Positions 23,625 through 37,511 of a stretch of 64,000 bases of DNA are shown piece by piece. The stretch spans positions 27,098,848 to 27,162,847 of the forward strand of contig CM120643.1 in the NCBI GenBank assembly GCA_051362555.1, given 5' to 3'. Within the stretch, counting starts at the first letter, position 1. Every line of letters begins with the position of its first letter. The notes below the pieces were generated by a model. That model had not been told where the DNA came from and ran no database searches. It worked only from the letters and a program-made list of their open reading frames with translations. The position numbers were made by a program, and so were the translations under genes. The DNA is from Lingula anatina. Lineage: Eukaryota > Animalia > Brachiopoda.

Positions 23625-24146
23625 TCAGGCCTCCAATTTTGCTTTTTTGACTTGCTTCAGCGAAAAGTCATCCTTGGGTCCGTGGAAGAAATCTTTCCCG
23701 TCAGTTGTCGTCTTGATGTCACACGACTTGATGGCACTGTTCGGGACCTGGAGAAATGTTTACGATGGGAAATTATGTGCCAGTATTGAAATGCAACTTT
23801 ATAAACATCACGATGTCCAAAGCAGAAAGAAAGAAAAATGCTCCTTTCATCTACGATAGTCTACTTTTGGCCATTCTCTACACTACAGTATGTTATAAAA
23901 TTTAACAAAGTCAGATAACTTTTTAAAGAAAGAAAACTAATTTCAAAGTTCAAATGTATATCTACCTGTATCACAGATAAGCAGGTCTATGGGTCGTAGT
24001 AATATTAAACTTAATCTTTTAACATTGTGCAAGCCGGGGACATTTCAAGCACAGGTTCGTTCTGCAGGCCTTTTAGACCCATAGACTGGTTTTTAGTGAT
24101 TTAAATAATGCAATGTAGATAACCTCTCCTAAGTTCCCTCCCTCCT

Positions 24147-24197
<51 letters not shown>

Positions 24198-27100
24198 TTG
24201 TAAGACTTACCTTCTTCAGCGGTGTGTATTTTGGATGATGATGATCATACACAGGGTTGTTAGAGGCGCGGTTGAAAGACACAAGAAACGCCCAGCGTCT
24301 GTTTGGGCTGTTGTTTTGGTCACTTCTATGCAAAATGTTGGAGTGAAAGAAAAGGGCGTCTCCGGGGTCAAGCTGGACATAGGTCAGCGGCAAGACTTTG
24401 GACAGCTCTTCCACTCTTTTTAAATCTGCCCCGACTTGGTCTCCTATTGGCACGTGATTTATCCTGCCTGCCAGGTGCGAGCGCGGCAAGATCTGAAGTA
24501 TGACAATGGCATTGATGACAATTAAAATCTATAAATACACAAAGAAAAGAATAATCATGCTAGTGAATAACTGAAGTTAACATATTAGGTATACAGGAAA
24601 CAATCTAATGTAATTGGTTCCTGCCGACAAATTATTTAAATCTAAGATCTAATAAACGGTAATAAACTGTAATCTGTAAACGGTATATTAGATCTTAGTT
24701 TAAATTCATGTTAAAATGAAGGGGTTGGTCGACAGCATGTTTTTCGATTTTAAGTAAGGAAGGGGGGGGCAGGGGCAGGTGGTGGTGGTGGGATGAAAAT
24801 GCCAAACCCACAGTGTGCGCGATTCACCAAATATGCACCTGAATTTTCCCATTAAATTAATAAATGCGAAAAAAACTGATTTCCTCGAAACTTTTGTCTG
24901 ACCTTATCTCAGAACCATGTTTTCTACAGCTTGCTCCGCCTAGACGATTCCAGTAACACCCTACATTATTATTTAGTTAATTAGTAACTGACGCCATCTA
25001 ACAGTGGGGAGCAGTTTCTAGTAGTCTCTGAGACTAAGGCTCTATTCCCATAGATTTTAGATCGATCTATCCCCGCGGGGAGTCTCACTATATTACTTTC
25101 AGATAATCCGACTTAAATGTCCGTCCCGCCTACTACAAGCTGTAAGGGGGTAATTAACTTTCGTGTCCGCCCGGCTGACAGCTATTTAGCGTGAACCCCC
25201 AGGGAGTTAGGTCGATCTAAAGTAGGTCGATCTAATCTATGGAAATGGGGTGTAAGGGTGCTCCAACTGGGTACAGGCCCGTAGCCAGGGTGGGTTCGAG
25301 GGGTTCGAAAGAACCACCCCTTTCGCTGAGAAAAGGTCCATTCTGGGTAAAATTTGATCTAGGTACATGAAGCTTTTATGGGAAAAGGTCCACTTTTTCA
25401 GAAAAAGAACCCCCCTTTTGAAATTGCTGGCTACGGGCCTGGGATATATATTAGTCATACTGTACCTTCAGACAGCCGTTAGACATGTCAGCTCTGTCTA
25501 TAGCCACCCACACAGTGCCCATGTCCGGAAACAGACAGCCGTTCTCATACCAATATCTACAAATTAATTTCTGCATTATATTTCTATGTTAAATACATGT
25601 AAAAGGATCACACAAAAACACAAACACAAACACACACACACACACAATGCTCAGAGCGGTGTCGCCATCTATTGACAATAGAACAAACTATACCCACCCG
25701 TAGTCTTGGTGCCAGATGTGTGCCCCTCCAGTGAAAGGTTCCTTCATGATTACCTTGGCGTGGTAGTGGTACACCTCCCCTCCCAGCAGCTGAGATAAAG
25801 ACACAATTTTATCCTTATTTTGACATATATAGGTTGCTGTTTTACAGCTTGAGTTTTTATCACGTTGTATAACACAGAGTGCCATTTTACTACTGGATTG
25901 TGGCTGCGTTTGACACAGCTGTATTTAGGTTGATGTTTAAAGGCTGCAGTAAAAGATTTGGCGGTGTTCGACTGGCGTAGCCAAGCACCTCCAATTTCAA
26001 ACATAGTTTCCGGATCACATTTTTATTAAGCTAATATAAGGCCGAAAAAACCCGTTTGTCTCAACAATTGCACACAGTGGATACATCTTGACATTAAAAA
26101 GTACTTAGAAGAAATGATAGAAGCAATCGGTCCAACAAACCGGTTTAAGGATAATTTTATTTCTTGATTCGAGGTTACACGAGAAAAGGAAGAAATTAAC
26201 ATTCTAACTCACCTCTTCCATAGTTCCCGCCACTTTTTCACTCCTAGAAATAATTCCAGTGACGTCATTTCCGGGATGATTCCACAGTGTGACCTTTGTC
26301 CTCCGCCCCTCGCCGTCATCTCTGGCATAATTATTCTCCTTCAGACCTTGGTCGTTTTCCAGCGCGTTCCTCAGCTTAGTGACTTCTTCAGAATCCAACA
26401 GTTTCCTGAAGAAAAAGAGAGCATACATGTAGAACTTATCTCTTGTAAAAAGTGCAAAATGTGTTTTGTTTACCTTATTTTCAAAAACAGCATATCGCCT
26501 TCACATATTTGGTATAGGCAGTAGGGCAATGCTTAGAATATGTGTCCTTGCATATGCATATCAGATACGTGCAAAAAGCCAGATTTGAGTTTGGGGTAGG
26601 GAGGAGGGGGGAGGTATCCATTCAAATAGAAAAAGCGCCGCAGATAGGAGAGTTACCCCTACCCCTACCGCTTCCGTAGTTTTACGTGCTTGTGACTGAC
26701 GGCCGTGTTGGGATAAAGCATGGGGACTCGGGGAGAATGGAGTGTCTTGGTAGTCTTTCCTGCATTAGCAGTCTTTCCTTGTCTTGATATTTCATGAACA
26801 TTTTTGTTCCATCATTTAAAGCTTTATTGTTAGAATTTAACTGTTTTAGACATTTTGCAAGGAGCATGGAGTTTTTAATAAAATGCATCACAGCATAATT
26901 TGTCATTATAAATGTTAAAATATTGATTTATCAATCGTTTGTCAAGAAGCCATAATTACCTTATGATTATAAATCCCTCCTTGGAGAAGTCTTCTTTAAT
27001 TTCTTTTGTCACCTTGAAGTTATCTTCGAATTGATAACCTTAAGAAGAAAAAACACTGATGCTAATGTAAATTTCATGAAGGTTAGTACCTACATGTATA

Positions 27101-27602
27101 TCAAACAGTCACAGGAAGTGAATGATGAATCACTAAGTAAATTTACGTTTGTGATATGGAAAATAATTTATAACGTTGTAGTAGTAAAATAAAAGAGAGA
27201 GATCAACTGTGGATAATTGAACATTGGTACATAATTGTTTTTCTGCTGAAGGTTTAAATGTGCGAGGCATGTAACGTAACGCGTGCCTGGGTAAGCACCC
27301 TTAAGACGGCCTGCAACATGTCTATATATAAGAATTTTGCACGTCTCTCACAAGTTTATCTCGCTCGATAGTCGGCTAAATCAATAAGTCGTCTAAGGTA
27401 ATGACCTTGTCAAGTAACCCCAGATACTAAGACTGTTAGACTGCCCTGATAGGAATATAGCCCGACACATTTAGATGCACATTTCGTGGTTGCGTGCGAT
27501 CGAGTACATGGCAATAGACCTGATTATTATTGTGGTACTCTTGAACTACACCGTAGGATTGATGCTGGAACCATCTCTCTCAGACACACACGCACGCGCG
27601 CG

Positions 27603-27675
<73 letters not shown>

Positions 27676-27789
27676 GTTGTCACGCACATACACAGGAAGA
27701 GAGGGATAGAGAGAAAGAGGTTGGCTAAGGCCAAACCAAAGGCAAATCTCACCTACACCGTCAGTAGTTCTACTTCCACCGTCCTCCAT
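23625..27789 (-). CDS. PhyH-family Fe(II)/2-oxoglutarate dioxygenase (ectoine/proline hydroxylase-like), 298 aa, 7 exons
   Basis: Exons 27789-27753, 27038-26960, 26405-26213, 25789-25698, 25556-25466, 24492-24211, 23747-23625, all GT-AG and in phase. Motifs KEP...WHQDYGYW, WVAID...NGCL, GDALFFHSNILHRS...RR give the HxD...H triad. AATAAA on the minus strand at 23556-23561. Confidence 0.93.
25038..25252 (+). mobile_element. MITE family A copy 2, TAA TSD
   Basis: Flanked by TAA on both sides (Harbinger/Tourist-like); direct repeat of 23306-23520. Confidence 0.85.
25274..25441 (-). mobile_element. MITE family B copy 3 (inverted)
   Basis: CAGGCCCGTAGCCAG...CTGGCTACGGGCCTG; core is the reverse complement of copies 1 and 2; flanks GGGTA/GGATA. 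Confidence 0.85.
27585..27674. repeat. Compound microsatellite (CA)n(CG)n(CA)n(GA)n
   Basis: Directly visible in intron 1 of the dioxygenase. Confidence 0.95.
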
Positions 27790-30700
27790 ATTGGCAGTGC
27801 ATCCGACAGATATGTGGCCAGAATACAAACAGCGTTATCAACCGTAATACAACCAACACGATATTTATACCAACACGCCGAGCATCAGGTCAAGACGCTA
27901 TGTTGTATATCCGAGTGTAAATCAAGGACACGACCTTAAGTAAAGTAAATAAGTGTCACTGCATGCGCTTCAAGAAAACATCCCAGGTGTTACGCAGTTA
28001 ATGTTGTTAATACCTGACCTGACCTGAATACGTTGTATTGATCACAATGTTCGCATATTTTAAATACAGCCACGAAATGCAACGTAACACCAGATCTAGG
28101 GCTTTTAATAAAATAATCAATTATCATATTATTATTATCTATTAAAATAATCAAGACTGAATATTGAGTCCTGGACCTGATGTAAGTGGTGGCGATTGGA
28201 CGACTGGTGAATCCTTGGCGAGGCGGCGAACTACAGTTGTGTAATGAATATATCATTAAATAGTCAAGAGCGCTGTATTAAATAATTAATGTACGACCTA
28301 ATTTCTAACTTTATTTCATTTCTGTATGCGTGCATGTTTCCTGTTATGTTACAAGTGAAGTAGACTGGGTACTTGAAACTTTTTAACTGTCAACGAGGCT
28401 GACATATTACGAGTTGCATTAGGTGGTCACTTTCATAAGTGTGGGTACCACAGTGCAGCAATTATTCACATATTTCATCTTTCTAGCACTTCAAGTGACA
28501 TTCTTTTTTAGATTAATTATTTCAAATCAACCACAGAGCATAGCCTATTCCCTGATAAACGCCCAAGTTACAGTTTTAAAGTTTTCTAAACAAAGACCAC
28601 TTTCACCGGGAATTTTCAAATATATTTGATTGGATAATATGCCCTATTGCTTCAAATTTAATTTCACGAACAAATACCGTACTTGTATTCACATGCAGAA
28701 AAACAATACAATAATTTATGCTTACTCAGTGCAGACGGAATTATTTAATTTAATGATCTCATTTCAACTTTCTTTCCTCCCTTTTCTTTTAGATAAAAAT
28801 ACAAGGAAAAGGAGAAAAAACAAGTTTTCATCTGTGTGCCTTAATATCAAAATGAAATTTGCAGAGTGAAGCCAAAGTGAAGCAAATTTGTCCCCCCTCC
28901 CCAGCAATACCTATATCCGTCAGTTCTTAGCTGTCATCCCACAACAGGTGCGCAGTACAGTCATCACTTTTATCAAAACTCATTCAAAATTCCACATAAA
29001 CAACAAAGACTTTGACGTTTTCATTAGTATGATAAAAGAATTTTAAGATTAATTGTGTTATGGCGAATGACGAACGCCCCTTCCTTTTGTGAGAGATGGA
29101 ATATGAAATAAGTTTTATGAAAAAAGATTAAGTCGAATAATATCAGTTCACTCCAGTGAGCGCCGTGACAAAAGGTAAGGCAGACGTTTTTATACTTCGT
29201 CAAAAATTATCGTTGTTTTAACAAGTTTTTTAAAAAATTTACTGTCGCTATCTGCAATTTACTTTTGATCCATTATTATCAAGAATATCTCTCCGTCATA
29301 TGGTAAGTTTGTTGCTCGTTTAACGGAATATTACTACCTATGTGTCAGTGGACATTAGCTAACCACTTTTAGATGTACTTTAGAATGCGACTTTTAAAAC
29401 AGGTGTTGGTTTTTAATGTAAGTTTGATAAAACACCCTCAATATAATAATCGCTAATTCTGTTTTTTCTTTTCTTTTTTCGACTCTTCTTATGCTATGTT
29501 TGATTTTATTTCATATGTTTTGAATCATGACTTGTTTCACCGCTAGTCTTTACACCATCACGATCTCGCACTAGATTGGTGAGAAACATTAATTTTGCGT
29601 CTCAGGATTTGTATCATCGCAAGCAGGACATCCGCAGTGACAGGGTCTCTCCCTCGGGTGGTACACGGAAACTTTTTCTAAAAATAATTAATTTTTGAGA
29701 ACTTTCGAAAGAACCGCCCGTCCTTCCTCTCAATCCGCCCCTGACTGCCGGCAGGTGTCAACTGTATTATTTTAACATTAAACTTTGTCTGCACCGGTGT
29801 GATTGCCATTTAAGCTGTTTATGAATCTAGAACCGTAGTTTAAAGTACCCTATTTCAATGCTACGGATGCCATACATATACATGTTCAACTGTTACTTCC
29901 CGGTGGTAAACCCAGGGATTATGAGATTATCAGGAAAGGGAAAAGTACGGATATCATACATATACATGTATTGCTGTAGCTTCCCCGTGTTAAACCCCGG
30001 GGCTGAATCATTCAGGAAAAGGAAAAATAGATTTTTGCCTGTAGTGCTTTTTTTTTTTTTTTTTTTTTTTTTGCACAATAATCAAGGGAGAGGATAGAGG
30101 GGATATATTTTTCTAAAATATATTTCTGATGCCAAATGGGATCATACAACATGCCAAAACAAAATATACATGTACATTTAAAACTCGGAATTGAGATATC
30201 CCTTGTGATTGCCCTTTAGTGCCTATTCACCGCCTTGATTTCCAACTTTTACGGCAAAATAACCTCTAACATGTAGGTGCATTAAACCAGCAGATTACAG
30301 AGGTATAGTTTGAAGAAAAATCTGAAACCTGGGTTGTTTTTTTTTCCGCATCTGATCTTGTCACGTGTCCAAATGAGTCATAAAACGGGCATGACTCCAA
30401 TGTTTAAGGTGGGTTTATAGCCAAGTTGAGTCGATCTTTCTTGCTATGAACCCTCAACGGTGAGGACAGCTGGTTAGATACAGGAAGGGCCAACCCAAGT
30501 CATTTGTAACGCACCTTTCGTTTAATTTCCACCACAATAGCGCACACCCTGTCCTGCTAGTGGTTATGAAATACCTGATGGTCGCCAGGACAGCGCGTCC
30601 GTCAAATGTAGGAACGCACAAGTGTTTTGTTTCCTCGTGTGTATGACATTATACTCTGGTTGACGGCTTTGAATATATGAATAATTTTGAATTGATATTT

Positions 30701-30860
30701 TTGGTAAAGAAAGCACCTAACACAAGAGCCTGACACAGCACTTGTATAGCAAGGAAACAGAATCAAAATAGATCAAAATGAAAATGAAGTTGAGTTTGCA
30801 TCAACATATAAATATAAATTTCAAACTTTTAAGTTTCAGTTTACAACTTCTTCAGTTGCC

Positions 30861-30967
30861 ATGGAACATTTTCTGGTGCTGGCAGTGGTGACAGGTAAGA
30901 GTTTGTATTTGATATTTAACTTAGTAAATATACGCACCATAACATAAGATATATTACATACACATGC

Positions 30968-31010
<43 letters not shown>

Positions 31011-32552
31011 AAAGAGATTTAATACATATTTAAGCACCTCACGTCAAACCGTATACATGTGTTAACAGACAGGTGTCAGACTTAACGACTGAAAGACAAC
31101 ATATATTAACACTATTAACAGAACCATGTGACGCCTAAAAGCCGCAAGAGAATTAATTAAACAATAATTTTCTTAACTCATATTATTATAACATAACAAC
31201 AGCTTTGCCATGATGGTCAGGATAAAAGGAGACGGGAAGAGTCAAGCCCACTATTTTTTCTAAACATTTTTATTATTGCAAACGCAGTCATAGCTACAGT
31301 GAGTTGTTGCCAGGGATTACAAATTGGAAGATGACGTCATATTTTGACTTTTATTTTTCATTTATTTCAATGCAATATGAAACATCACAGTCAACCACAT
31401 ACCAAATACGCAAGTACTCTAATATAATTTGTATTTACAAATTTAGCTATGTGCTTTGATTTTCGACAGTGGTTTATTTGAAATTCTTTTCTTTGGTTGT
31501 CATAAGAAGATGTAAGCCTACACGTACTTCTGTCATAGGTATTGAAATGTCTTTCAAATGATAAAGATAGCAAAAATAAGAGATCCAATACTGTCCAATG
31601 TGATATGTGTAAAAGATTTACTGCTTGAAAATCCAAACTAAATTATATTTGTACTGATTATTTTATTGTGGCAGCTAGGATTGAAGTCATGGTTACAGGA
31701 ATGCATGCCTCGCTACCATGCACGAATAGCACAATCTTTTGCATTGTATTTGTATTAGTTTCTGCAGCGGATATATCTTCGAATTCCCAAGTATTATGCG
31801 CTCTCACGCTATCAAACGAATACTATGAACATTAAAAGTAGGCGGAATATATATCAAACAAACATTACTATTTAAATTTCTCGTTTTTTATCATTTACCA
31901 TTTCATTCTTTGCTATTTTGCAAATACTCCCAGTACCCAAAGCCTTCATTCAGATTTTTATTTTCAATCCTCGTTCTTCCCTAGCCTTCATCCTGCCGAC
32001 TTCCCAAGCCGTGTTCGACTGTTCCGGGAAGAGGGACTACTTCTACAAAGACGACGTCAGCTGTATCAAATACTACGAGTGTCGCTACGGGCAGCTATCG
32101 GGGACGTACTCCTGCTCACTAGGGTACTTCTTCTCTCAGGATAATGTGGGTTGTGTCTCGGCTACCAGGCTCATAGAGGACGGGTCGTGTACCATTCATG
32201 GTGGGTTTGTATACCACACGGCACTGTGTCGTCAGTGTCAATAGAATTAGACTGCGTTCTCAGATCATTTCACGTCATACATATTTATTGTCTCTGTAAA
32301 CTTATCCTTCTGTTCGTATTTAATATTGCGGCGACCTTGATCATTAATGTTTTCAAGATTTTTGTAGTCCGATTGCCAGTCGATTTGTCTCTGTTACGTG
32401 TCTCTAGCTATAAAAGCAATGAGAATTTAACGCACAATAGAGTATTTACTCCTATGCACTGAATAATTTTCATGAACGATTTATTTATCATTATCGTTAT
32501 AATAAAGTAAATAGTATATTTATATATAGTATGTGATTATAAATTAAATTAA

Positions 32553-32588
<36 letters not shown>

Positions 32589-34545
32589 AGTACATTGTAC
32601 ATTGGTGTACATGTACTCTCACCAGGATTGTCTTGAACGTTCTTCCAGAATAAACGGTGTTGAACACCCTGCTCAATCAGTCAATGATAACGTATCAGTT
32701 AGAATGAGTGATTTAAAAATATTCTGAACAAAGCCAACTTTGTTCAGTTTAATATATAGCTTTAAAAAGTTTGGCGACATACAAGATTATGTGAAATTAG
32801 CGATACACTTATTTCCTCCGGGCAATGGTTTACCAATACCAGACCTGCGTGTCATTCCCTATACCATGCCAACAAACAGTAGTTTAAGAAGTAGTGTAGA
32901 CGGCCAAAATGTTAAAATGTAACACAAGCTGAAATAAATTATAATTAAAATTATTATTTTACCACTGCACCTATTTTGCAGGATACCGTGCTGGCATGGC
33001 GCCCGAAGGACCTTTCATCTGTCCGAGAGCTGGCATGTTTGCTGTAAGCAAGAACTGCTCCCTGTACAACTTCTGTAGCCGCGCGGACGTGGAGGGGAAC
33101 ACTCTGCAGTGCCCGGAACAGTTCTTCTTCAACGAGACCATGGGATCTTGTCGCTGGCGAGGCCATTTCAAAGACTGCCTTGAAGATGGTACCCGATTCA
33201 CGCCAACACAACCTCCAAGTTAGTGAACAGAACTAGTTTAATTTCCATACATTTTCTTATTAGAACAGGTCCAACTTAGATACATTGCACTTAAATGTAA
33301 CTATTCCGCTATCTGAATGTCCGTTTTATTTCAGGAGTTTTGTGGCACTCCGATGGTTTGGTTTTACATTATGAACAATAGCATTGTATTATCTGTAAAG
33401 ACGTAGACATATCTTTTTTAAATCCCAGTTGGTGTCTATAAGTCTGCTTAAAAAACTGATATCAGCTGGAAACTTATCCAAATTGACGGCAATATATTCT
33501 AAATTCTAGAGGTTACTAGTAATTGAACACAGTGCAGCCGCAGTGATATATGTCCAGACCCACGACCTGCAGACACAGACGTGCCCAGGGCCCCGTATCT
33601 CGAAAGCATCGCGCATTGCGACCGAGCGTTAGCGTCTCGATTCCATAACTTGGGATTTACTCGTCCCATATAATTACCTCGAAATAAAAGATGATATCGC
33701 TATTCGCATTTCTCGATGCTCTCGAGTTACGGAGCCCAGGGCCCCGTATCTCGAAAGCATCGAGCATTGCGACCGTGCGCAAGCGTCTCGATTCCATAAC
33801 TCTCCCATACTCGCCCCATATAATACATTGTAGCCTCTATGTGATATCGATATTCGCAATACGCGATGCTTTCGAGATACGGGGTCCAGATGCAGTGTCA
33901 CAATACTGTGCGAACTGGGTGTCTGCGGAAATTAATTAGCACTATGTGAAAATAAATTATATTGGTTTTGAACTTAGATTATTGGATAATCCAATCTTTT
34001 AAAAGCCACACATTGTTATTTTTACGCTAATAGTAGCACCTTCCATTTTTTGTACAGCAACCACGCCGAAGCCTACAGAGTGGAATCCCTGGCGAAGAAC
34101 AACAAAAAGAATCACTACCACGCGTGCTCCGACCACCACGGGAAAACCTTGCTTTAAAGAAGGCTTAAAGACTGTGGACACTGAAGACTGCAGCGGCTTC
34201 TATGTTTGCAACAATTTGGCTTGGGTTCGATACCAATGCCCGCCATTGTTGATGTATAACAATAAGACCGGCGTCTGCCAGTGGGATGTGAAGGTGGACA
34301 CGTGCGACAAAGGGAAGTTTATATGGCCAACTACAACAACAACGACAACAACGACGACGACAACGACACCAACGACGACAACAACAACAACAACACCAAC
34401 GACGACAACAACACCAACGACAACAACAACTCAAGGTAATAGGCAAAAGAGTGGGGCGGGTCTCCGCACTGAAGCTTCTATGGAAACAATTTTTGCCACG
34501 GTGGTTGGCCTATTTTTAGTCATAAGAGCGCTAGTGTGGAGTTAA
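30861..34545 (+). CDS. Secreted chitin-binding protein 1: three CBM14/ChtBD2-like domains, Thr-rich stalk, hydrophobic C-terminus (probable GPI signal), 324 aa
   Basis: Exons 30861-30894, 31985-32200, 32982-33218, 34058-34545 with phase-1 introns. Signal peptide MEHFLVLAVVTAFILPTSQA, three six-Cys modules (e.g. DCSGFYVCNN...CPPLLMYNNKTGVCQW...C), poly-Thr, tail IFATVVGLFLVIRALVWS. Confidence 0.9.
33589..33886. mobile_element. Two head-to-tail ~148-bp MITEs with CAG TSD (PIF/Harbinger-like)
   Basis: CAG-[33589-33736]-CAG-[33740-33886]-CAG; TIR GGCCCCGTATCTCGAAAGCATCG. Confidence 0.85.
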
Positions 34546-35074
34546 ATTCACGCACAGCATTTTATGATAATATAATATAATATAATATAATATAATATAA
34601 TAATGCCTCTTTGACATATGAGATTAAACGGTTATGGTTGGAAGTATCTGCAAAGCATGCCTTTTAAATCTATTTAACACGGCTTTCGGAAACATCTTTA
34701 GAATGATTTTGTTGCTGGAATTATCTCGAATGGAATTATCCGGCGTATAAATTTTAAAGACATCCGTTTCATTAAAATTTAAGAAAATAATTTGATAACA
34801 TTATACCAAATTGTCAGTGAGATGCTGTTAATTGAGATTTTCAAAACGTAAGAATGCAATGGATAGCCAATGTGACGTTCGCTGCAGAAGGCAGCACTTC
34901 TGTCAATTTTTTAAACTAAACGTACCCGCTGTACTCACAGGCCTATTTCCTGCGTTTCTGTATGTGAATCGGTCCAAAAACGTCGATGTATTGCGGTGTT
35001 ATAAAACAAAGTCATTAAAAGATTATAATAGCTTATTAAATGCAACCATTTTAAGCGTTAGACATAAGCACGTA

Positions 35075-37477
35075 TGTTAAGATACTTCATGGTATATTAC
35101 CACTTCATGGGATAAATGCTCTGATTTTACTGTCAAATCGACTTCATAGGATAAATTGCGACTTCATCTCCACATAAGATATTGCCTGCGACTTCATGGG
35201 ATAATGGTGAAATAGTACCTGTAGAAATGTTGTTGGCCCAACGCTATGAGAGAGAACGTTTTTGAAATATAATGTTTTTGTACTGTAAATATTATCCAAA
35301 ATATGTAAACTGTACGTTTTAATTCACTTGTATGACTGAATAGGGTTTCTTTAGTGGTATTGGATGCATGTTTTGAGTAATTTTAAAATACACAGGCGTA
35401 TGTAGGTGAGGATCCAGTATTTCTAAAAATCAGTACATTATGGGAGATTATGGCCAGCGTTGAAGAAAAGGGGGTCCAGAACCCCTGGGCCCTCCCTTCC
35501 CAGATCCGCTTGATGCATAAAACTAATGGATCAGGTAAACCAGGCTATGAAAACATAATTTACGCGTAGGTTACTGGATTATAAGATGGATAAATAAACA
35601 AATAGGAATCAGTTATTAAAGATAAATAAATAGATAATAAAAAGAAGCAGAGAAGGTCGTGTATATAATTGTGCTCTATAATTATCTTGATCAAGTCGCG
35701 TCCCACTCTGAAAAGACTAATTTTTCCATGAGGAAAGACACGCGCAAGTGTAATGATTTACGTCTGTCCCTTGGTTTCCGAGATGCTCTGTTCTGGTCCT
35801 ACACCTGTGAATGTCCATCATGGTGTGATCAATGGTGTCCCCGGAATGTGCCCTTGGCTGGCTCTCATTTGACCCGAAAGTATTATCTGCGGCACAGTCT
35901 GCATTTGGAAACCTGTTAATAAAGCGTTCGGAGGGGGGGGGGGGGTAGGCCTACTTGTTGTTTAGCAGCCTAATTAACGTAGTTGATCTGCGAGATCAAC
36001 AGGCTTGTAGATTGATATTTATTCAGAATTGTGGTTGATTGTAATTGTGGTTGATTGTAATTTTTACATCGTGATTTCTGCTATCTACCCGTAGACCTTT
36101 AGTAGTGGGACTTTGCAGTCCTTTTGGGGGAGGGGGGGTATATATATTTTTATATCGTTGTTACTGGTATCCTTTATCCATTTAGGTGAGGAGCATGAGA
36201 CGTTGGGGATATTTAAACTTGCTATTAGGGATGTGCAAGTGTCCTTCGGATTTTTGGTGACTTTGGTGATCTAAGGGTGGTTGATTATTATCTTTAAATT
36301 GTATTTTTTGCTATATACCCATAGGTCTTTAGGTTGAGGAAACTAAAATGTCGGGGTGTGCATAGGCAGGTTTTTTTTTTTTTTTTTTTTTTTTGTGACC
36401 TGGGGTGTGGCTGTCCCTGGAGATGGTACACATATATATTACCGTAATTTATTTCATCTCCCCCTAGACCATTCGAATAAGAAACATGAGTCTTTGGTGC
36501 ATGGGTGGGCTACATTAGTGTGACTTGGGGTGTGGCCGTCCCTAGGGGGTGGAGTGATTAGTGGTTTGTCAGGCAATGAAGCTGATTCCATAGATTGCAC
36601 TTAAGATTCCTTGCAGAGTTGAACCGACCCAGCTAGCACTACATCCTATGTGTGAATCTGATGGCGGTCTTCGAGTTAGGAAGGAAGGGGAAATGTAGAG
36701 AAAGCAGCAGACAGTACTAAATAACAGACCTTCAGACGTATTCTTGAATATAGGTCAAGTTAATTAAAACCCATTCAAGACCCCATACTCTCAGGAATCC
36801 TAGGGTCCAAGTCCCATTGTTCTTTAACATAAAACATACATGTTAATTACTGCTCTTGGGAAATAACCATTTTTGTTTTGTGTTAAGACACAACAGCAGT
36901 TAAACGCTAGGATTCCTGATCGAGTGTGTGGGGCCTTGAATTAGTTTTTAATTGGATTCCCTGACCTATATGCATATGGCTGGAAATCCATTTAGTTCTG
37001 TATGTGCTTCTGCTGTTCTCTACATTTCTCAAGGACCCATGCACATTCATTAAAATGACTGGTTCATCAATCTCCGTTTCATGTTCCTTAAAATTTAAGG
37101 GTATAGATGGCAGAAATAAAGTTGTGAAAAATAGAATCAACCACCCCCCGGGATAGCCACACCTGAAATATCATACTAACATTCCCGGAAACCTATGCAT
37201 ATCCTCAATGGTAAGCTTATCAGCCCGGAAGGTTTCATGTTCCCAACTGTAATGGCGTAAGGGTAGAAGCACGAATAACGATGTAAAATTTAAAATAAAC
37301 CTCCCCAGGGGCGGCCACACCCAATGTCACAAAAACACAGAAAGACCCATACACATCCCCAAAGACAGATTTTTCAATCCCCATAGCCTTACGTTCCCAG
37401 CTTTATTGGTCTAAGGATAGATATAGCAGGAATAACAATGTCAATTAGACTCAACCGCCCCCAGGACCCCCCCCCCC

Positions 37478-37511
<34 letters not shown>

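Noticed and set aside
35760-35912. Exon-like or integrase-like fragment (KCRLCRR) on the minus strand inside the TGT element
   Set aside because: Too short and interrupted by stops; homology cannot be supported by eye.
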